A stretch of 64,000 nt of DNA from Vicugna vicugna. Its lineage: Eukaryota. Positions 63,350 through 64,000 of this stretch are shown here, piece after piece (position 1 is the first letter of the stretch; every line of letters begins with the position of its first letter). The stretch covers positions 175,852-239,851 of the forward strand of contig MU057822.1 of assembly GCA_013265495.1 (NCBI GenBank), in the 5' to 3' direction. The translations under genes were made by a program, and so were the position numbers. The notes beneath the pieces are model-generated. The model made no database searches. It was not told where the DNA came from and worked only from the letters and a program-made list of their open reading frames with translations.

Positions 63350-64000
63350 TTTTTTTTTTTTTTCTTCAATTTTTAATTTTAGAACAGTTTTAGTTACAGA
63401 AAAATTCTAAAGATAGTAGAGAGAGTTCCTATATACCCTGGACACCCCCCACCAGTTTCCCCTGTTACTGACATCTTACATTAATGTGGTTCATTTGTCA
63501 CAATTAATGAAACATATTGATAGGTTAACTAAAGTTTATACTTAAACTAAAGTCTATACTTTATTCAAATTTTTTATGAATTCAAAATTTTAAAAAAGTT
63601 TTTACTTGATGCCTGTTCCAGGTGCCTATCCAGGTTATGACACTGCATTTAGTCATCATGTCTTCTTAGTCTCCTCTGTTCTATGAGAGTTTCTCAGAGT
63701 TTCCTTGTTTTTCATATCTGACACAATTTTGAGGAATACCAGTCAGGCATTTTGTAGAATGTCCCTCAAATTGGGGTTGTCTAATGTTTTCATGATTAGA
63801 CTGGGGCTTTCAGAAAGAGTACCACGGAGGTGAAATGCCCTTCTCACCACATGTCAGCCATAACCACATGACGACACTGTTGATGAGAACCTTGATCCTT
63901 TGGTTAAAGTTGGTCAGGTTTCTCCACTGTGAAGTTACTATTTTTCTCTTTTCCTACCCTTTTCTTTGTAAGCTGCTCACAAAGTCCAGTCCACACTCAT
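63350..64000 (-). mobile_element. Old LINE-1 3' UTR (L1MC-like), running off the window
   Basis: Poly-T followed by ttttagaacagttttagttacagaaaaatt...gagagttcctatataccc. Confidence 0.7.

Overview
Mammalian genomic DNA, most likely camelid: it carries about 20 copies of a tRNA-Ala-derived SINE matching the camelid Vic-1 type. Two genes lie head to head, as in the human SPNS3-UBE2G1 locus. On the minus strand (about 1.6-13.2 kb) are exons 1-7 of the spinster-family MFS transporter SPNS3. On the plus strand are the CpG-island promoter, coding exon 1 (51353-51398) and the start of intron 1 of UBE2G1. The main result is that this SPNS3 copy looks inactivated. Exon 1 has been rearranged by a fold-back inversion-duplication: the N-terminal codons now read on the opposite strand between 49-bp inverted arms, and the TM1-coding segment is missing. 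Exon 5 carries a +1 frameshift and exon 3 a +2 homopolymer frameshift. The ~38 kb between the genes is mostly LINE-1, L2, MIR, MaLR/ERV LTR and hAT DNA-transposon remnants. It includes a near-perfect 423-bp tandem duplication inside an L1 and a 1.2-kb patchwork retroposed insert with a target-site duplication (TSD). Gene identities and repeat family names come from recalled sequences, not from a database search. Repeat boundaries are approximate.
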